From Cercozoa sp. M6MM (Eukaryota > Protista > Endomyxa: Ascetosporea): 64,000 nucleotides of DNA. Both the position numbers and the translations under genes were made by a program. The stretch lies in NCBI GenBank assembly GCA_040357565.1, contig JBDODJ010000005.1; one strand, written 5' to 3'. Below, one piece after another: positions 37,672-50,753 of this stretch; positions within the stretch are counted from its first letter, which is position 1; each line of letters starts with the position of its first letter. The notes beneath the pieces were generated by a model. That model saw only the letters and a program-made list of their open reading frames with translations, was not told the origin of the DNA and ran no database searches.

Positions 37672-39292
37672 TCAGAAGAAAGGCACAGCCGAGGCAGCAA
37701 AGATGTCGGCGGTGTTGTCGAACTCTGCGTCGGACATGTCCTTTTGTGCAGGCGTGAGACTGAAGCGATGTGATACGCCACGCGGCCGTTTCTCTGTCTT
37801 TCGGCGATTTTCTTCCGTTGGCGGTTTCTTTGGCAGAGCAGTTGCGCTGCGCTTAATCTGCGTGCTCTTAGACCTAAGCTGTTGATGTTGTGCATGCGCC
37901 GGCGGGCACGGTGCCTGCGCTAGCTTCTTGCCGTTCTTTTTGCAGAAAGGCGCAACGCAGCCTCCTGCGAGGAACGACACATTCCCAGGAGTCATCGCTG
38001 TATCAGAACAGAAAATGAGCCTACCTGCGATGCAGTGAGCGACGCTTGGATGCACCTGAAATATTGGATTCAGCACATCGCGAAAGCTGTATCTAAACTT
38101 AGAAGGTTCGTGTGGGTGCTTCACGGCATGCATGAAGTGCCGTATCACAGCGGTGCATGCTTTGACTGCCATCTTGACTCCAGGTATCTCCAACAGTACT
38201 TGCGAACTGGTCAAGTCTGCACTTACGTCATGCCTGCAAAACTGATGAATGTTTCAACTCAACCTTCATTCAACATACGTTTGTCGTATCTGCGATGCAG
38301 CGACTCGTTCTGCTCTTCCGTGGACTGAAAGCCGAACAGCACTGGGTAGCCCGAACGGCCATGTACGTTCTCAGACCGCTGCTCCCGCAATGTGTGACCA
38401 AACGCGAAGGAGTCTTGAATCTAAATTCACCCTGTCGACTGCAGCAAGATCGAGATGACCTGCTAGAATCCGGTGTACAGTGTGGAAAACTTTGCCAAGA
38501 ACGAAAGCGGCGTGTTTGCGTTGTTCGTTGAGCCAGTAGTGCTGCGCCAGCTTTGCCTTTTTCTCGAGGTCGCCCACAATCAAGGAGGCCAGTTCTAAAC
38601 ACAACAACTAAAAACAACTAAACATCCCACAAGCAGCGACGGTGTCAACCTTGGTTCGACAGCGCGCGTCTGTTTTTGTACTTGGGAACCATCGAGTGCC
38701 TTCTTGTAAAATTGAACTAGAAAGATAATCACCAAGCGATCGTGGTGGTACCAGTACTGCAGATCACCAGTGTGTGACCTCTTGGCAAGTTTTATCGTGT
38801 CGCTGTTGAAAAGCGTCATTCGCAGCACCTTTTTCGAAGCAAACATGACCGCCTGCGAGCACAATGACACGTGTACTTTCGCTTCAACAGGGTTCGATCG
38901 GAAACAGAAAATCAGCAGCACTGCTTCTTTGGTGCACGTTTTTATCTCCTTGGACGCACATGGCTACAGGGCGAAGAGGGGGGGGGGGGGGGGGGGGGGG
39001 GGGGATAAAACACGAAGACTAAAAACTAAACTGAAAGCAGACAGTCAATTTACAACGTCAGGCCATCTAGTTCCGATAACTGCACAACAACTGGGAGGTA
39101 CGGGTTAAGGTAGAAGTTTAGCTGCAACTGACCAATGGCCTCGGCAAGGTCCTTGTGGCGAGGCCATGCCGAACTCTGCTCGAGCACGTGCATCGTGATT
39201 TTCTCATGGACTGCTGCCAGCGGTTTTATGGCGTACGCGAAAGTCGAGGTCATCATACAGGCACAAAAAGCCAGCAACAACAAAGCAGTCAT
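37672..39292 (-). CDS. Secreted Zn-dependent phospholipase C / S1-P1 nuclease-fold protein
   Basis: Signal-peptide-like MTALLLLAFCACMMTSTFA. Spliced motifs VHEKIT, GTRWPD, RSHTGDLQYWHSM, LGKVFHTIQDSFAFGHT and FQSTEEQNESLHRRYD. Confidence 0.72.
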
Positions 39293-39661
39293 CTCGGTTA
39301 CGGGCACTTAACGACCACTCGAGTGCTGCGGGCATTCCTAGCATCTGGGCTCACCCTGCTGACTACACTCTCGCACGGTTCTGCATTTTGCACGTCACGC
39401 CCAGCGCCTGCCACGCCAGTTCCTTAGTTTTGAGCATGAAGGCCGCATTACTGAGAAAAAGCAGAGTAAGTTTAAAACCAATCGATGGCATTATTTGCGG
39501 AAAGTGTAAACTTAAGTTTAGTGAGCAGCAGTCTGAGGATCTGAACAAAATCTCTGGCGAGTTGTCAGCGTTCGGACTTTGGTGCCGACACGGGGGCGAC
39601 CGGGCTGGTAAAAATGTATAATCTCGTTGTTGGGTGAGCGTTTGGACAGACTATTGCGCTT

Positions 39662-40217
39662 ATGATGTGGCTTTGGATTTTGCCAGTCCTGTTCGCCACG
39701 AAACAGGGGCAGGCCACCTCGTCAAAAGGCCAGTTTGGATTCGCGTTGCTGAGTACGGGCAAAGTGCAGAACGGCGTCGAACTGTTTTCGGCACTGTACG
39801 AACATGCAACTTCAAAGAGCCCGGCACCAGCGGTTGCTGAGCCGGCAGCGAACGCCAATGACGACCTTGAAGGAATTGCGCTGGTGAAAAGTCTGGACTT
39901 GATTGTCGAGCGCTACGAGGCGCCAGGACTCATAGCGGTGGCGCACCCGGACTACGACTTCGCGGTGTTGGTTGCTACCAAACGCATACCGAGACTCGGC
40001 GAAGATGGCTGGCGCAGCTTCATCGCAGAACTGCGGGAGTTTATTGAACGAGAGTTGCGCGAGGGCTCACTGAGAGACTTCAAGCCACGCGAGCGACCAA
40101 GAGAGGAGCCCTTCAACAAAACCGTGCAACTTCGAATCAAACGAGTGGCCAAGTGTACCGCTTCCTCGCCTATTTCCGTGTGCGTGTGTGTTGATGTGTG
40201 TGTGTGTGTATGTGTTG

Positions 40218-40277
<60 letters not shown>

Positions 40278-43005
40278 TCGCCGAAATAAACGTAGCACCG
40301 ACTCCGGCAGAGAAGTCGACAGAATTGATGTCGCTCAGCGTAATATCTTTGCAGTGAACTGAGTGGATTCTTCGTTATTTTCTGTTCAGATAAAGCAGCA
40401 GCCAACAAGCGACAACTTGACGCTGCAATTGGCGCTTAGCGTCGATGTGTATGGCGTTGGATTGTTCGATCTGCATTTCAAGGACTTCCTTCTAAGTTTA
40501 GTGACCTCAACTACAGCAATCTAACTCTGCACGCGACATGTATATGAACACTGTGCCCTGTTGTTACTTTAGTGGCCTCACGAAGTTGTGGCCCTGCTCG
40601 CGACGCTGCCAATCGACGAGAAGCTCAAAGCATCCTGCAACAAGTTGAGCTTACCTGGAGCCGAATTAGATGCCGCCGACGTCTGTTTCACACTGCTGCC
40701 TGAGATGCCCGACCTCGAACTGACGGTGCTTGGTATTTGCACTGTCTTTTAATTGTTTTGTATCTCGAAAGTCCAACGCTCGCTCTTCCAAGCAGACCCA
40801 GCATCGAAAAGCATGTCCGACACCCAGGGGCATCTTGGCCTGCAGGTGACACTCGAGACGACTCTGCCACTGACGTTCGCGTTGTCGTATCCGCCTTTCA
40901 TCAAGCCTCTCCTTGTCAAAGCAGAGGGCCTGTCGTGGATCGAGTACGACTCCAACACAGACGACGGATTGGCAGTTCGCAGATTCACTCGCCTGGCACT
41001 GCAACACCTCGTCAGCGAACGATCGGAACATGCTGACCTAAAACTCATCGTACTCTGTGTTACTTGGTTCAGTGATACCCTATCTGTGGGCATGTGATGG
41101 GATGGCAGGAAACACTCCCGGGCACCTCGCCTTTCCGAGTCGAAGTGAGAGCAGTTGAGAACTTCCAAGTCAACATTGACCCAACCAAAGCCGAGATTGA
41201 GTACGTTTTCTGCGACGACACAGTGCACGTCCTGGCATGCACAAACTCCATCTGTCTGATCATACTCGACGCTGCCTTGGTAGCGAGTTTTCGTACTACT
41301 GCCTGAGTGTCATGAGTATTAAACTACACTGCATTGTTGGGCCAACGCGCAGTACCCGCACAAGGTGGGACAGCTACTGATGTACCAAGCTGGTGAACTC
41401 TTTGGAGACAAAGGGGCGAAAGTAGCAACTTCGCAGCTTTCGCGACACCTGAAGCCGAGTGCACTGTGGTCGCCGAAACGCAAAGTTCCAGCTGTGCCGT
41501 GGTCGCTGCTGTCGGCGCAGTTGCCTTTGCCAGAAGGAGAGGGAAGAATAGTGTCAATGGAGTGCCTGAAGGACATAGTCGGACGAGTCTACCCGCATGC
41601 GCACGTTGAAGTCTCCGAAGCTGCTGCCGAGCAACGTCGCGTGAATCTGAAGAGACTTTTGCAAGCTGTCGAATCGTCCAAGCCCGCACCAACTAAGCCT
41701 GAGGAAACTCCAACTGAGCAAGTGCCGAAGCCTCAGCCACCACCGCAGGCAGTGCCTTTGAGGACGCCGACCCGCACTCGCGAACTTCCCAAGTTGGCTG
41801 CACCGGCAGCGACACCTCCAATCCCACCGGGCGACGCTCTCTCCGATGTCGCCGCCGACTCCGACCGACGGAAGCTCAGTGCCAAGTGGCTCCTCGGAGG
41901 AGGCACTGGCATCGGACCTGACTACCGCAACACGCCGATACGTACGCTGGTCCGCTACGCGTTGCTGTACGTTGCCGTGCCGCTAACTCAGGTGCTGTTG
42001 GTGCTGCACTTGCGACCGCGTCCAAAGAAGGCTCGCACCAGGCCTGTCTGTCCTCATTGTCATCCTGACCGTGCTGGAGGTGCGTTTCTGCCTTTTCTGA
42101 CTGTATAGGTTTCATCTTGTGGAGTGGGGTTTGTATTGTTACAGGACGAAAGTGTCTTGACTGGAACAAGTGCGCACCGCGAGACAGGGCAGCACTCCTG
42201 GTCGCAGGTGTGCTTCTTTTCTCTTGCTGTCTCTCAAAATGCCAGTGGCGGTCTGGCACCCTGGTATCTTTTGTTTCACCCTGGCATCTTTTGTTTCTCG
42301 CTCAGAGTGCAACTGCGACTGCAAGGAGCGACTTGAGGATATCCCGTCGCCGCACAGTCCAAGCACTCAGGTGGCAACACGTGCGCTGGCCACAGGCGGC
42401 TTCTTTGGCGGCAGTCTCTTCGTGACCGAGGAAGGCACTCCGGCAGGACGGCGACGTCACTCGCACGGCGTGCTGTTCGCCAGCGGTGGCGACAACCCGG
42501 TGAACATTCTCGCACTGCTGGTGCAACCCAACGAGGCCGCCAACACACTCGGCATCGACGCTCTGCGACGCTTCACTGTGTTGTGCGACCTAGCGACACT
42601 CGACAGCACGCTCGATCAGTCCAGGTACTTTGGTGCTCTCATTGTTGCATGGAGGCACGCACTGAGCATACTACTGTACGGTTGTAGTACCAGGGAGGAG
42701 GGCACGCAGGTCTGGCTGGTGAAGAGGATGATTGCCCGGTCGGCCGACTGCAACACCCTCACCGTGCTGGTCATGAATGCCGACACGGGCGAGACCGCGT
42801 GCGCCAAGTTCACGAGTGCACACCACCGCGAGAGTCGACGCAACCACGCGCGCAGTATTGTGACCACTCTGGCACTGAAGGGACGTGCAGACTACTGCGC
42901 GCTGCCTTTCGCCTGGTCGGCCTCTCCGCACCTGTCGCGTCGACCTCCGGTTCCGGCCTTTGTTGAGCTTTCGACGGTTCGAACGGTGCTTTCCATTGGG
43001 CTGCT

Positions 43006-43056
<51 letters not shown>

Positions 43057-43066
43057 NNNNNNNNNN

Positions 43067-43115
<49 letters not shown>

Positions 43116-44296
43116 CATGAAGATATGCAACAGGTAAGCACCCTGGCAGCTCTGATGGAACTAGCGCTTTCGAAGGACCAAGGCACAGCAGCGATAACGA
43201 CGGAACTGCGCGAATCCGCGCTGCTGTCGCTGCCATCGGTGCTGTCCTGGACTGCCCAGATCCTTGTTGGTACTACTTGCCCGTATGTCTGGACTTGACT
43301 TGTGACTTGACTTGACTTGCGGCAGCTTTGGAACAGCTGCACCAACGCGGCGTTGTTCATTGTGATGTCAAACCGTCTAATATTGTCATTGGCGAAGATA
43401 TGGGTACGTCAGACAGGAACCGAACATTTCCGACCTGACTTTGTCTAGCTGGTCTCTGTTGACTGCAGATGCTCAACTCTGCGACTTTGGTTCCGCCACG
43501 CCGCTGCGCTGCCTGAACCAGGCTGCGGAACCGCAACAGCAACAGCAGCAACAACAGCAGTCGCGACAACAACAACAGCAGGAAGACACCGAAGCAACGA
43601 GTATCGCCGAAGAAGAGGAGAAGCTGTGTCGTGAACTGTGTCGACTTGTGGAAGCTCGTGCAGTCGACTCCGCCAGTCGCCAAGACAGACCGCGCAGACC
43701 TCTGCCGACCACTCCCGAATACGCAGCCCCAGGTATACCTTCAGTCTAACCTTGTGAGACTTGAGTGAGTGCTGTGTCTACTGCCGGAGTGGAGCAGAGT
43801 CGATACACCCGACGAAAGGACGTCGCACCTCACGAGTCGACGTGTGGGCGCTCGGAGTGACCTTGTTTGAGGCATTGAACGGCTGCTCGCCCTTCTGGCA
43901 CGTGACTGGCTGCGTGCGCACACAAGCCAACAGCGGCGGCAGCGGCAGCAGCGACTCGCGCCGAATGCAGATGAACCGCATGGCACTCCAGCTGCACGTT
44001 GGTGGCCTGGCCGAGCTACTGCACACTGACGTCTCCACTGCCAGTGCCAATGCCAGTGCTCCTGACCTCAGATGGCGTGTGGCAGGTATTGCACAGACAC
44101 GAGTTAAATGCGCTGTGTTCAGTCACCTTTTCATTGTGTAAATGTTGCAGTGCCAGACGACGTGCGGAGTCTGGTGTCACTCTGCTTGTGTCACGACCCG
44201 GATAGACGGCCCTTCTGCCGAGATTTGCTGCGACTCCCGGTTTTCGACGCGGTGCGACCCTCGCTGCCGCCTCCTTTTTCGAGCAACTCGGGCTGA
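39662..44296 (+). CDS. Single-pass receptor-like Ser/Thr protein kinase
   Basis: Hydrophobic N-terminus MMWLWILPVLFA. TM-like LVRYALLYVAVPLTQVLLVLHL followed by RPRPKK. Kinase motifs ACAK, HCDVKPSN, LCDFGSA, TPEYAAPE, DVWALGVTLFE and CLCHDPDRRP. Confidence 0.78.
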
Positions 44297-44653
44297 ACTA
44301 AGTGTGATTAACAATTGACGCGAAGTAAACTGAGCGGCAAAGTTTCGTGTGAGTGTTCAAGCGTCAGTTTAATGGTTTTACTTCTCGTTGTAGTCGATAG
44401 TTCAGTTTACGAAAAGGGCAATACACTGTACAGTACGCAAACAATGTCGTTAACAGACGATGTTGTTGCATAGACGTTTTTCAACGCTTCCTTAACACAA
44501 ACTGAGACTGATCAAGTCGTTCGTTATAGTCGACGACGTAGGGTCTACACGTGGTTAGGTAGTACGAAAAGTACAACAGACGCACAATCGTGAATCCTCG
44601 TCACCGAAAATCAATTTGACAAAAAGCAGAGCAAAATAAAGTTCTCCGCTCGG

Positions 44654-47600
44654 ATGCAGGAGAAATACGACACTGGGTGGGCGTACCCCGCGCCCTTCCC
44701 AATGCAACAACAAATGCACTTACAGCAATTCCTTGGGTACGCTTTGGTATTGATTTTGACTCTGTACATCGATGTGTATGTTCTGTGCAGTCCACACCAA
44801 GCGACCCCGTTGGGTGAGGGCTTCCTCAGCGTGCGCATCCCGATGCAGGCGCCCGTGACGCAGGTGCACCTGGACCGGCACGATAATCTGCTCTGGCTGG
44901 CCAGTGCGGCCGGTCAGGTGCGCGCCTTCCAGATCGGCAGCTTCGAAGCCGCGCTGGCCTGGCGTGTGCAGACACAGCCCCCTGCCAGCGGCAGACCGCA
45001 CGTGCATCCGCGTCCGCGCGGAGTGCCAGTGACAACGATGCTGGTTGACCCGTCCTACGTTTTGACCGGCGGGCCTGGCGTGTTGCAGGCGCACAACCGC
45101 GCGGGCGAGTGTCTGTGGCATAAGCAAGGCGACGAACTCGCGCACCTTAAGTCGGCTGCCCTGCTGACGAAATCGCACACACTCGCACTTGTGGTATTTC
45201 CCTCCTTCGCTGTTCTGTCCGCTGATTTCCCTGTGACCGTTTGCTGACCTAATTTTGGTTTTACAGACCAAGGAAAGCACTCCGGAGGTGCTGCGTCGTG
45301 CGAGTGCTCACGTAAATAAATCACTTTATTGCCCCTTTCGACCCATTCTTAGCTGCAGTTTTCATTCTCAAAATCGGATTTTGACCCTTTTAAACTCCAT
45401 TTTGACCTTTTTTAACCATCGTTGCTTCTTTCTTCTAGCTGCCGGCACACACCGGTCCGACGGAGAAATCAGCGCGGTATTGTTCGGCTTGCTTTTTTGC
45501 TGCCTAAGGGAGATCAAATAGCAAAACTCGTTTTATTTTCTTGCAGCATTCGTTTCTTTGATGTCGCTTCGCAGTCGTTCACTGGTGGCTCCATCACACT
45601 TCCGCCCGGAGGGTTCGGTATCTTGTTGGTTTTCAAGTTTTTCGTATTTTCGCACTTCCGCGCGGAAGCGGTAATGACCAATTTTGTTGCATTTTCACAG
45701 TGCGCGACAGTGCGCCGGTGGTGGCGCGTTCGTCGTCGCACGGACGGACGCTGTACGTGTCACACAGTGCGCGCTTCGACGTGCTGGATGTGCGGCAGCG
45801 TAACCGCGTGGCTGGCGTGACGGCACCGCTGTCGTCGCCTTTCACCGTAGGGGGCTGTTTTACCCCCACCCCCCACCCATTTCACCCCTTTACCTTGTCC
45901 TTACCCGTTTCTCTCCCTTCTGGACAGTCGATCGACGTGTCGGACCAGTATCTGATCGCATGCTCTGCCTACGATCCCAACAGGTGCAGTACTCCTCCCT
46001 CCTGTTCTCTGTTGCTGTGACTCTGGTGAGGTGTGTACAGCATCGTGCGCGTGTACGACGCGCGGCACGTGGGCAAGCCGGTCAACACGATCCGCGCGAA
46101 CCTGCAGAACGTGGCGGCAGTGTCGTTCGCGTCGGGCTACGCGCCCAACTCGTAGGCTCGCCTGTGACTTGACTGGGTCACGGAGTGACTGGCCACGTGA
46201 GTGACTGACCACGTGGGTGACTGACTGAGTGAGTGGGCACGTGCGCAGGTTCCTGGTGTCGAGCGGCATGGGCGGCGCGCAGCTGCTGCACGTGAACGCG
46301 CTGCCAGAGGACGTGCAGAGTGCGGCCATGGTGCCGACCGACGCGGGCGCCGGGTGGAGTCTCAGCGCGGCGTGCGGCGACCTGGTGCCGCCTTTCACCG
46401 GCGCCGTCGGTGTCAGCACCGGGCCGCAGCACTACGCGCACGTGTGCACCTCGAGCAACGCGCGCTTCGTCTGCAGTCGCCGCGCGCAGATGCCGCTGCT
46501 GGCCTCGGTCACACGCACTGTCACGCACTCTGGCAGTGGGCCCAGTGGTACGCACGTGGTCTCACTGGGTGTGGTCACTGGGTGGGGTGGTCGCTGGGTG
46601 GTGTGGTCATTGGGTGGGTCACTGGAGTAGTCACTTGGCACCTTGTGTCTGTAGAGTGGGTCGGCGATATGCCCAGACGAGCTGACATTCTCAGCACTGT
46701 GGGTTTTGCTTAACCCCCCCCCCGTTACCCCCTGTCTTATCACCTTAACTCCCTCTTACCCCTCCCCCACTTTACCCATCCTACCCCATCTTACCCCTCT
46801 CGAGTGCAGGCCGTGGCGCAGCAAGATCTGCCTCTTGCGAGTGACTGGCCCGAGATGACCAACCTGCCTGCACCGGTAGCCTTGTCTCTCTCGTGTTACC
46901 CCCTTCTTACTCCCCTTGGTAGATTAAATCCACGACGGAACCGGATCCGTTTGTTGGTGCCAGAGGTACCCTTTACCCCTACCTTCATTCCTACCCTTGT
47001 ACCCCTCACCCCGCAGTGTGGGAGCCTCCCTCCTGTCTGGGACCGGTGGACACGCGGCGGGTGACCGAGCTGAGCAGCAGCAGCGACGGTTTCGTGCCGG
47101 CGCCGCGCAACGTCGACACGCGCTCGGTGGCGCTGATGCGGCGCTTCACTCCGCGCGGTGCTCAGGACGCGCAGAGCAGTCTGGCGAAACGCGCCTATGG
47201 CGTACCTCTTCCTTAACCTTCCGGTCCATTTGGACTGTCTGTTTGGACGGTCCACAAGGACTATACATTGTGCACAGGTCAAGGAGGCCGATGCAGTCAC
47301 GGAGGCGGATCGAACGTCGCGTGAGCAGCAGAAGAAGTGCGGCATGGCGCGAGCCACTGTAGTGTCGCGCTTTACCCCTCCCCCCTCTTACTCCCTCTTA
47401 TATCTCCTGTACCCCTATCCTGCAGGTGGCCCTGTCGGAGAAACGTCCACCCAACTACGAGTACAGCAAGCGCAATCGCACCGTGGTGCCGGGCTTGGAC
47501 AACCTGCTGCCGAACTCGAGTTGCAACGCGCTGCTGCAGCTGCTGTTCTGGTCGTCGACGCCGTTCCGCCACTTCTTCATGTCGCACGTCTGCCTGCGCG

Positions 47601-50600
47601 CCGATTGTCTGAGGTTACCCCTCCCTTTTACCCCTCCCTCTTCCTCCTTCCCCTTACGCCCTCCCCTTTGCCCTTCCCTCTTACCCCTCTTACCCCTCTT
47701 ACCCCTTCCCGCAGTTGCCAGCTGGGCTTCCTGTTCTCGCTGCTGGAGCAGCGCGGCGGTCCCACCAGCGACGTGGAGCGACCGCCGGTACGTCTTCATC
47801 TTTTGCCCCCCATTTGCTACCCCCATTCACTTCTCCCCCGTTTACCCCTTCTATACCCTCTTCACACCCTTACCCCTACCTCCTGTAGGAAGCGCGGCAG
47901 TTTTTGCGAGTGCTGGCGAAACGAAGCGAAGCCGAACATTTGCAGCTGCTCGACGATGCGTCGATTGCTAGGTTTTACCCCCCCCCCCACACTTAACCCA
48001 CACTGACCCTTTACCCCTCCCCACGCAGCGGCGATCGGTCACAGTCGCTAGCCGCGCGGATACAGGAGTTGGCGCGTTTCTTGCTGACCACGCTGGACCG
48101 CGAGAGCGCGCGCCCCGGCGCTCCGAGCGATCGCGAGTTGCGCCGGCAGCATCGCGCCAGTCGCAGTCTGCTGGGGTAGCCCTCCCTGCCTATTACCCCA
48201 TTACCCCTTTTACCCCCCCCCCCGCCAAGTAGTCTGCCGAACAAGCGCGAGGTGACGCCGGAGACGTCGCTGAACGCGTCGTTGTTGAACCTGTCGCTGG
48301 TGAGTGCCTCGGCAGCAGACGGCGGCAGGGCTGACCTCAGTCTGCTCAGTGAGTCACTGGGCGATCAGGGTGACCAGGACAAGCAAGACAAGGACAAGGG
48401 AGACGAGGACAAGGTAGACAAGGACAGGGAGAACACGGCGGCTTCGATGGTGTCGGCCGCCTTTGGCACGGTGCGCCGCAATGCGCGTCGGTGTCGCCGC
48501 GGCCACTGCATCGACCGGCGCACGACGCAGTTCGTACTGTCGCTGCAGTACTCGCAGTCGCCTAACGACAGCATCGAGGACGTAGTTTTGCCCCCTCTTA
48601 CCCCCTGTCTTACCCCCTTTACCCCCACCCCCTCGCCCACAGCTGCTGCGCAAGCAGCTGAGCGGCAGCGAGGAGCAGGACCGCGTGTACTGCGACCAGT
48701 GCCGCGACTACTCGGCCGTCACGCGGCGACGACAGGTCGTGTCGCTGCCCAACACGCTCCTGGTGGCCGCCAACTGCCGCAGCGAGGTATCTCTACCCCT
48801 CATTACCCCTAACCCTACTTCTTACCCTACTCCCTCCCCCTCTCCCCCACTACTCCCTGGGACAGGAGCAACTGGCATGCTGGCGAGAGCGGAGTTTCCT
48901 GCCGCCCAAGATCACGCTGACGGAACCCTCGGAGAGTGAGGAACAAGGCTGTCCACTAAGAGAGGTGTGCTACGAACTGGTGTCGGTGGTGTCGCACGTG
49001 GCCGATGCCGTGCCACAGCGAGCCAACACGGCGCGACACCGCGTCGGCGGACAGCACCTGGTGGCGCACCTTCGACTGCCGAAACGCATCGCCAAGTTCC
49101 GCCTGCGACCGCTCTTCGAGACATCCGAAGACGCCGACGCCGCGCGCTGCTACGCCGAGCGACGCGCTGCTGGCGGTAGTTCACCCCTCTTACCCCACCC
49201 CTCTTACCCTACACCTCTTACCCCTACTCCTCATACCCCGACCCCTCTTACCCCTACCCCTCTACCCCTACACCTCTGACCCCACCTCTCTTACCCCTAC
49301 CCCTCTTACCCCTACCCCTCTTACCCTATCCCTCTTACCCCCTCAGATGAGAGCGCGATGAACCCGCACCAGTGGGTGCTACTGAACGACTTTGCCGTGC
49401 GACTGTGCTCGCCGGGCGATGCCGCGCGCTTCGACATGCCGTGGCGACAGCCGTGTCTCGTGGCCTACCGGCGCGTTGGTGCTCTTCCCTTTACCCCCCC
49501 CCCCCTGCTACTTTGCTCCCTCTTATCCCCTCTTGCCCTCCTTTTAGCCTTACCCCTCTTACCCCCTACTTCACCCCTACTTCACCCCTACCTCTACCTC
49601 TACCTTACCCCAGATGCGCATGAGCGGTTGGAAGAGTCGCTGCGCGTGATGTGTCACGGCGAGTTACCGCGGCCGTTCGCTCAGGTACCTCATTTATCCC
49701 CCGTTACCCCTTTTACCCCTTTAACCCTCTCCCCGTTTCACCCCCTTTTACCTCTTTACCCCCCTTGTACCCCTTTACTCCCTTTTTCCCCTGCCTTGCA
49801 GCGCGAGTTTGCGGCGTCGTTGTTGTCGCTGTCGACGCCGCTGTTTCCACCGGCAATGTGCGTGTTCTTTACCCCCAACCCTACTCCTCCCCTTTACCCT
49901 ATCCCCCCGGGCAGGGACCAGAGGGTACCGCTGCAGGCGGCCGAGCTGCCGACTGAAGTGGCGATCGACTGCGAGTTCGTCGCCGTGGAGCACGAGCTGC
50001 GGCAGCAGGGCCTGCTGGCACGGCCGCGTCGCATGACGCTCGCGCGCGTCTCCTGCGTGCGTGCTGTACCTTGCCCCACCCCTCTTGCCCTATCTTCCCC
50101 TCACCCCCTCTTACTCTCACCCCCTCTTTCCCTCCCCTCTTACCCCACCCCGTTACCCCTCTTACCCCCCCCCCCCAGACGGGCGCGCACAAGGGCAGTC
50201 CGTGCATGGACGAGTACGTCAAGCCGGACGAGGACGTCGTCGACTTCCTCACGCAGTTCAGCGGCTTGCGTGCCGAGGACCTCGATCCGCAGAACACTGC
50301 ACATACTGTACTGCTTGGCTTTTGTCCCTTACCTTTTTACCTCCCCACCCTGAACAGTTGGTGACCTACAAGGAAGCCTACTGCCGACTACGGTGTCTGG
50401 TGGAACTTGGATGCACCTTCGTCGGACACGGACTGGCCTCGGACTTTCGAATGCTGAACCTGCACGTGCCGGAGCAGCAGGTGCGCGACACGGTGCTGCT
50501 GTTCCACCTGCCTAAGCGGCGCCTGCTGTCGCTCAAGTTCTTGGCACGCCACGTGCTGCAGGACGACACCGTGCAGGCCGACGCTGAGCGCGGACACGAC

Positions 50601-50753
50601 TCCATTGAGGACGCTAGTGCCGCCCTGCGACTTGTCGATCGGTACGACCAGGTGTACCGACAGGGCGAACTGGAGCGACCTGGCAACGGCCATCATCAGA
50701 TCAAACGACTGCTCCTGACCCTCTACGATATCGGCACTCGCTCCGGCTTTTGA
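44654..50753 (+). CDS. PAN2: PAN2 poly(A) nuclease catalytic subunit (WD40 - pseudo-UCH - DEDD exonuclease)
   Basis: GLDNLLPNSSCNALLQLL..CLSCQLGFLF; WVLLNDFAV; VAIDCEFV; LARVSCVR; VVDFLTQFSGL; FVGHGLASDFRMLN; LSLKFLA; HDSIEDA. Confidence 0.95.

Noticed and set aside
46710-50360. Interstitial telomere arrays
   Set aside because: Units are degenerate TTACCCC rather than CCCTAA, confined to introns and oriented with transcription. Reported instead as intron repeats.
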